Both the position numbers and the translations under genes were made by a program. Positions 56,027-64,000 of a stretch of DNA of 64,000 bases are shown here, one piece after another; position 1 is the first letter of the stretch, and every line of letters begins with the position of its first letter. The notes beneath the pieces are model-generated. The model was not told where the DNA came from, searched no databases, and saw only the letters and a program-made list of their open reading frames with translations. Source of the stretch: Camelus ferus (lineage: Eukaryota); assembly GCF_009834535.1 (NCBI RefSeq), contig NC_045696.1:107262001-107326000 (forward strand), in the 5' to 3' direction.

Positions 56027-58048
56027 GCATCATCTTCTGCTTGTCCTCCACAGGCACAGAAGTTCTGGCTATTCCAAATTGCAGAAAATTCTTTGAATAT
56101 GTCATGCTCTTTCTGGGTTTTTACATATGCTGTTCCTTTATATAATACTCTTTTTCTGCTTTTTCACTTGGTAAATTCCTGCTCACTTTTCAAGGCCCAG
56201 ATTAAATATTACCTTCTCTGGAAAACTTCCCTAGGCCTACCTCCCACCCCTGTCTGTGTTAGATGCCCACCTCAGTGCTTCAATCATAGAATTATTGCAT
56301 TGAATTACAACTGTTTTTTTTTTCTTTCCCTCCTGCTAGATCTGTGAGAGTTTTAACCCAGAGATATTAAAATTAGATATTACTAATTTTTATATTTGAG
56401 CATCTAGCACAGTGCTTGGCAGGAGATGGGTGTTCAATAAGTGTTTGCTGAATGAATGAATGGACTATTTTTTTATGAAGCAAATTTTGTTAAGAATAAA
56501 ATATAAGTAATATAAATAAATGAATTTAAACAGCTAGTTTAAATAAAAATGGGAGCCTTAGCCATTAAAATACTTTAGAGTCCTTAATAATACTTCAAGA
56601 CTAGTAAAACATTAGGATGTGCAGTTTGGCTATAGAAAGGATTTGTGTATTTAGCTTCTCTGTCTCTGGCTCTGTTTATGTTGCTAGGTCTCTCATATTT
56701 TCTTTAATATTAAATTCCTCAGGCATAACTGGAGCTGTTTCTTAAATAATGTGTATCTGCTTTTCTTAATTAAATCATTACCAGCCATTTAGGAAGGATA
56801 TCTTTCAACAAGACCAGGCTGAACTTCAGTTGCTATTTCCCTGCTTCCCAGAGCACGTCTCACAGTTTGGCCCAATCAGGTTCAGTCCCACCTGAGTTCC
56901 TCATCAGGCTTCCCTGGGCTTGCTTAGGACAAGCTTATGCTCAGGAGCTATTTACTACCAGCAGATCTTTAGAGAAAAATTAATTTTTGTTTATTCTTAT
57001 TACAAAAGCAATATATGTTTATTGTAGAATATTGAGAAATGTGAGAAGGCAAAGAAAACAAAACCACTCATAATCCTTCCTACCACCCAGAGATAACTAT
57101 GGACCCTTCTAGGCATTTTTCTGTTTGTGAACATTTTCCCCCCAAAAGTGGTATCAAACACTATATCCTCTTTTATAACTTCCCCTTTACTTACCAATAC
57201 ATTATAAACATTTTTCCATGTTATTAAATATTGTACAACATCATTTTTAATGGATAGTTAATATGGATTCAATAATGGGCTTTGAACACAACAGGTCAAT
57301 CATTAACTTCAGCTTTCTGAGAGCTGAAAGGCAAGTATGTTGGCCAACTGCCTCTTTACTTTATGCAGGGATAGATCCATAAACCATCACAGGAAAAGCC
57401 ATGTATGTGAAAAGACACAGATAACAATGTTGAAGTTTTCTCAATGAATATAAGTGAAGAAATGGATTTTGATAGCCAGGAGAAGATAGTGAAAGAATAA
57501 ATAGGAGATAAGTCAAAAGGATTCATGTTTCCCTCTTTGTTCTCTGTTAAAATGTCATCTAGAGAGAAACTAGCTGAGCCTAATAGTGAAATAAAGTATG
57601 TCTTCATTTATTGTTCTGTATGTTTATTTAGGATCAATACACTGGTTTTGAAAGGACTTGAGGCAACCATTCAATTAGAGTTAAAGGTAAAATGAAACCA
57701 CAGGAAATAACAAGCACAGATGCTTCCAAGCACCTGGGAAGTACTCTTTTGGATTGTTTGGTTTTAAATATGGCTGTAGATTCTCTAATTATAAGGATAT
57801 CTATGTTTATTTAGCCTCTTTTATAGCAGACATGCACTAAGAACTTTATTTTATCATTTAAAGGTCAAAACAACTCTATGAAGTAGATAATATAATCTCC
57901 ATTTTATAGATGAGGAAATAGGTTCTGAGAGGTTGGGTAACTTGCCAGTTCGTGGGTGACATAACTAGTTAATGGTAGGAACAAGATTCAGATCCAGGTC
58001 TGCCATCCCAAGCCCTTTCTTCTATACTGCTCTGCAAAGTAACCATCC

Positions 58049-58580
58049 ATGGTAGGCAGAATAATGCCCCCCATTCCCAGCAAGATACCCACATCCTAAT
58101 TCCCACACCACTATCTTATATGACAAAGGGGAATTAAGGTTGCAGACGGAATTAAGGCTGTTAATCAACTGACCTTAAAATAGGGAGGCTATCCTGGATT
58201 ATGTGTTTGGGCCCAGTGTAATCAAAAGGGTCCTTAAAAGTGGAAGACAGAGACAGAAAAGTCAGAGGAGATGTGACAACAGAAGCAAAGTCAGAGTGAT
58301 GAAATATGCAGACTCAGCCTGCAGTTGCTTGCACTGAAGACAGAAGGGAGTTATATGCCAAGGAATGTGAGCAGCCTCTTGAAGATAGAAAATGCAAGGA
58401 AATAGATCCTTCCCTAGAACACCCAGAAAGGAGCACACCCTGCCAACAACTTGGTTTTAGCCCAGGGTTACCTGAACTGGACCTCTGACTTATAAAACTG
58501 CAAGATAATAAATTCATGTTGTTTTAAGCCACCAAGTTTGTGGTAATTTGTTACAGCAGCAAACAGAAAATTCATATACC
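58049..58580 (+). mobile_element. MaLR LTR (MLT1D-like)
   Basis: ggtaggcagaataatgccccc...gggcccagtgtaatca...ccaaggaatg...ttttaagccaccaagtttgtggtaatttgttacagcagc. Confidence 0.88.
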
Positions 58581-60591
58581 ATCATTCTGTGAATGTCTAA
58601 AGATCAGATATGTATTCTTAGATAGAAGACCTACACACTTAGTACAGGTGTGGAAAAGAACTGCCTGCATGTAAATCCATGATGTTCCCTAGAAAAGAAT
58701 TTTTGATCTTCTGAAGATCTAAAGATGTGTTGGATGAGACTGCAAAGTTCTGAGTCAAGTGACATGAACAGGATTATTTTAGCCTGAGATAGAAAATGTT
58801 TGCTGGCTTGTTTGCCCCTGTGATACTCTGAAACATCTGCTTTCAAGAACCACATCCTCATGGATCATCTAAAAAAAGTGAATTATAAAACACCTCTCAA
58901 GGGTTGAGTAAACTGTCCTGTTGGATGTAGTTATTAAACATTGAATCAAACTTTGGTTGGATGCCACCAAATAGGACTTTGGATTAACAACCAGTGCTGG
59001 ACAACAGGTCTAACTAATTCTTGAGGCAGCAGACCTGAATTTGAATTCTATCTCCTATCATTTCCTGCCTGTGCATATATCACATAACCTTTCTAAACCT
59101 CAGTTTCTTCATCTGTGAGATGGGCTGATATTGCCACCCTGGAAAGGTCATTAATAAGGACTTAATGAAAAGATAGATCAAAAGCATCTAGAACAATCAT
59201 TGGCACATAATAAGTGCTCACTAAATACTAGCTTGCTTTCTTCATGTTAGTCAAATACTGTGAAGATTCTGTTACTAGCATAGAAAAAATGCTTATTTTC
59301 CTCTCTGCTCTGTTTATATAGCAAGAAGGCTTACATGCAGTTTATGAATTGCTAAATTAGGAATTTTTTTAAAGGATAAGCCATGCATTCTCAGAAATGT
59401 GCCTAGAGGCCCAGATTGAAATTTGCTCCTCCAGTCCTTCCACTGATTTTAGACTTTTGATTCCTTGTATTATATCTCTTTCTGATTGAAAGAGCTAGCG
59501 TGATTTTTGTTATCTGTAACTAAACCCTGTCAGATATGGAGATGCACTGTGTATTACACTGTGTAATATGTAAAGATGAATCCCATCAGTCAAGGAACCT
59601 TTCCTGCCTATTTTGCTTTTAACTATTATTTTAATAGAAATGCCAATAAAGCATTAATATTTTGAAATTTACAGAAGAGTATTCATTCACACATAGTGCC
59701 AGTTTTATGAATCAAAGACTGAAGATAATGTTGGTGATCCCTTCCAATAGCCTTAAATTGCTATAAACTCTCTTCATGAGACAGGATGGTGTGCAACAGT
59801 AATTCATAGGAGACAGTTTGCCTACATTTTGTTCCTCATGTAATTATTGTTTTGGGAAAATAACCTACAATTTATCAAGAAATCTAGAAGAGATTTTGGA
59901 AAGAAGCAGCCTGGATTGGTTGGTAGTCTGGGGCAATAATAATATAAGATTTTCATAAAGATTGGTAGATGGCACTTTGAGCTCATATATGTCAATTGCG
60001 TTAAACAAGAACTTGGGACTGCTGATCAGGACAGAATCTGAATAATTCCCTCAAGCCATCTTCTGCCAGAAAACTTTAAATTTTATGTGATTACTTAGAT
60101 AGTTCTCTGGAAATGCAATTATCAAGACAAACTTGTTATCTTATAATAACTTACTTACACATTCTTTCCACTCTACCAACCACTTCTACTCAAATCTTCA
60201 TATAGGCCCAGCTAGCAAATTTCAGGCCAAGGGATAAGTATTAAATTTCACTCAGACCTCTGATTTTTTAAAGTGCTCTTTCTGAGAAAACTTGAAGCCA
60301 CAGAGAAGTCAGGAGCCATCATAGTTTGACTCCACCTCCTCCCACATCCATGCTAGGCAGGACTTGTCAGCACATCTCAAGTTTTCTGGATTGTGCACAG
60401 CTCGAGATGGCTCCTTTAATCTGTTATGTCCACTCCCTCAACAGATCCAGGCACCATCTTAAGGGAGCTTGCCAAATCACATCCTCCTCTGTGGCCTGTG
60501 AGTTCCATGAAGGCAGGAGAGTTCTCATTCATATCTGTGTTCCTAGCACACAGAGTACATTTAACAAATGTTGATTGAACAAAAATACAGT

Positions 60592-61396
60592 TCTGAACTG
60601 CATAGGCAAAACATTTTCTGACATAAATTGTAGCAATATTTTCTTAGATCAATCTCCCAAGGCAAAATAATTAAAAGCAAAAATAAACAAATGAGACCTA
60701 ATCAAACCTAAAAGCTTTTGCACAGAAAGGAAACCATCAACAAAACAAAAAGACAACCTATGGAACAGGAGAAAATATTTACAAACAATGTAACTGACAT
60801 GGGGTTAATACCCAAAATTTACAAACAGCTCTTATCAATATCAAACCCAATTCATACCAATATCATATCAATATCAGCTGATAGCAATATCAACTCAATA
60901 TCAAAAAAGCAAACAATCCAAACAAAAAAACAAGACCTAAACAGACATTTCTCCAAAGAAGACATACAGATGGCCAACAAGTACATGAAAAGATGTTCAA
61001 CATCACTAATTATTAGAGAAATGCAAATCAAAACCACAATGAGGTATCACCTCACACTGGTCAGAATGGCTATCATCAAAAAGTCTACGAATAATAAATG
61101 CTGGAGAGGGTGTGGAGAAAAAGGAACACTCCTACACTATCGGTGGGAATGTCGTTTGGTGCAGCCATTATGGAAAACAGTATGGAGATTCCTTAAAAAA
61201 ACAAAAACAGGCTTAATCTATGATCCAGCAATCCCACTCTTGGGTATATATTCAGAAAAAATCAAAAACTCTAATTCAAAATGCTATGTGCACCCCAGTG
61301 TTCATAGCAGCACTATTTATAATAGCCAAGACATAGAAACAACCCAAGTGCCCAACAACAGATGACTGGTTTAAGAAGATGTGAGATATATATGTG

Positions 61397-61446
<50 letters not shown>

Positions 61447-61966
61447 TATACGTACACACACACACACACACACATTTCTTCTGGGTATATATATACCATT
61501 ATATATATGTAATGGAATATTACTCAGCCATAAAAAGGATGAAATATTGCTGTTTACAGCAACATGGATAGACCTAGGGAATACCATACTAAGTAAAGTA
61601 AGTCAGGCAAAGAAAGACAAATATTATATGATATCACTTACATGTGGAATCTAAAAATTAACACAAATGAATCTATATACAAAACAGTAACAGACTCACA
61701 GACATAGAATACAAACTTATGGTTACCAAAGGGGAAAGGGAGCAGGGGGAAGGGATAAATCAAGAGTATGGGATTAACAGATACAAACAACTATACATAA
61801 AATAGATAAGCAATAAGGATTTACTGTATAACATAGGGAACTATATTCAATATCTTATAATAACCTATAATGGAAAGTAATGTGAAAAATATATATAACT
61901 GAATCACTTTGCTATACATCTGAAACTAACACAATATTATAAATCAACTATACTTTAATTTTAAAA
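60592..61966 (+). mobile_element. L1 3' portion (ORF2 C-terminus + 3'UTR) with (TA)n(CA)n at ~61386-61475
   Basis: Track ORF 60718-61365 contains [50 protein letters not shown]. Confidence 0.93.
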
Positions 61967-64000
61967 ATGATTGTTTAATTACTTAGTACTTTTCATTTAC
62001 ACTAGCCAGAAGTGATTATCTTTCACATTTTAAATTTTTCAGAGTAAAAAAGATATAATTTAAGACTGGACTTTAAATTAGCTATAAACTTTTTCCCACA
62101 TGATTTGTGGACATGATTGATGGTGGTTACTCTTAGGTATTTAGCCTTAAAGTGTTACATAGGGGGGTTCTTGAGGATGAATTCTGATCTTTACAGTCAC
62201 ATTACTGATTAGTAAGAAGCTTGATATTTGGCTCAAATACTTGTAGGTTATAAAATTCTTCACTCTATGAGCTTCCTGCTCTCGAGAAAAAATAATTTAC
62301 TCTGAGAGTCTGAGGGACAGCAGTTTGTTAATTCTGGAATTTGATCTTGATGCTCTGACCCTCATAGTCCAGCCCTTCACTAGGGCTCACTTTTGTATTA
62401 CTGTAGCAAAAGGTAACTTTTGTTTCTATAGCCAATGACTACATCTCCCAACCCTGCCAACAATCCCTCAAATGCATCTTCTTACTTTGAAGAATCAGGG
62501 AAGGAATGTGGATGAATCAGTCTAAATCCATCATCATCACTGTACTTTGCTTGTGACAGGTCAGTGGTGACATCCTGTGTGGATGTGGATCACCCCCTGC
62601 AGTGCTGACAGATGCACAGCAGCACCAGAACTAGATGACAGCTCATTCACTCCAGGCAAGAAGAGGTTCGGGCACACTAGGCTGAATGATAAGCTCCTCA
62701 ACACGTTAGCTAGCATCAGGGATATACTTAGGTGAGAAAGGATCCTTATTCTGGGCTGAACAGCAGAAGCTACCGAAGATAATGTGGGTCAAGGCTCCTT
62801 AGATGGGCTGAGATAAGCTGAAGCTGGGGATGTGGCTGACTGAGTTGGGGGTGAAGGCTGCTTAGTTGAACTATGAAAAGCAATGGATACCAGACTCCAG
62901 AATGGGCCAGGCTGGGAGAAACAAGGTAGAATGTGATCTAAGTGGGCTAAGCAGAATTGCACTACTCTGGGCTATGGGAGAAGGAGAGCGAGGCTGAAGA
63001 TGTTGCTGGGCTGTGTCATTCTGGGTTACAGGGGAGGAGAAAATTACAGCTAAGGGACTTGGAGATGAGGTGAGGTAAGGAGAGAGATGATGGGATGGAT
63101 ATAGGGTAGGAGAGAAGCAGGAAGGAGAAGTAGAGAGATGCACCAAACAGGAGGCTTAGCCCAGGTTTGAGTTGGAGACTTAGCTGACAGTTCTAGGGCA
63201 GAAAGGTAGGGAAGAGATAGCCAGGGGGCTATCAGCTATGCAGGAGCTGCCAGGAGTCAACAGCTGGCTCGGGGAGGGACAAAGATTGAGAAAAAGGAAA
63301 TAATTAAATTTTTAAGAGCAGAAGGTAAAAAAGAAAGGGGTGAAAAGGGGTAGGCAGGGATGAGAGTTATTGGTCTGACTGGAGCTGGGCTAAATATTCT
63401 ATCTTGCCATCAGCTTGGAAACACTGGGTGTGTCAGTTGCTGTGTAGGCAAAATTGAAATGAGAAGCCTGTCTCCTCTATACTCAATAGCAAATGACTTT
63501 AGTAGAATCTAATGAACCATGCATACAAGGAAAGAAAAAGGTTAACTGAGGTTGAAAAAAAAAGCCTTATGCGGCAGTTTTCAAACAAGCAGGTTGACTT
63601 GGCTTGTGTGACGGTGATGATGCCTGATTTGGAGCAGAGCAATTTGTGTTGTACCATTTTAAAAATCCATTCTGGCATACTGTGATGAATGTGCTGGCTG
63701 GCAGCTAAGAACCTGCTGGAATGCAAGAGTCTTTCACCATTTATAATCGACACTTCCCCTTCCAGGAAAGAGCCTTTCTAATCTCTGAAGTAGTGGACTT
63801 ATCAATTTGCATAAAAAATGCCATTCTCAATGAACACATATTTATCATCTACCACTTACTTTCCTACTGTCTTAAACAAAAAAATCAGAATTAGTTTGCA
63901 GTAAATCAGCACCTTTAAATTCAGGGTGAATCTGTGAAGAGAGGCAGGGAGCCATCACTAGAAGGGGGAGGGGAAGGAATAAAATGATCCTTTTCTGTTT

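Noticed and set aside
60718..61365. 215-aa ORF
   Set aside because: Fragment of L1 ORF2 in a 5'-truncated element, not a host gene.

Overview
Mammalian nuclear DNA, most likely a camelid, judged from four tRNA-Ala-derived Vic-1-type SINEs. The window covers the SLC35G2-NCK1 locus with both genes on the minus strand. It holds the single coding exon of SLC35G2/TMEM22 (412 aa, 45486-46724), the CpG-island promoter and non-coding first exon of NCK1 (~40.1 kb), ~40 kb of NCK1 intron 1 to the left and SLC35G2 intron to the right. Most of the rest is transposon-derived (L1, MaLR/ERVL LTRs, MIR/L2, hAT fossils, microsatellites). There are no prokaryotic features or CRISPR arrays, and nearly all short ORFs in the track are spurious. 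Four observations stand out. (1) A TSD-flanked 3.05-kb L1 keeps its 5'UTR and ORF1 but lacks nearly all of ORF2. (2) That element's ORF2 remnant carries a dense, strand-specific A-to-G cluster resembling ADAR hyper-editing fixed by retrotransposition. (3) An intronless, highly diverged DIAPH2-like formin FH1 fragment with a CpG-retaining leader sits in NCK1 intron 1. (4) A ~290-bp palindrome has near-identical outer arms. Gene and repeat-family names come from recalled sequences, not database searches.
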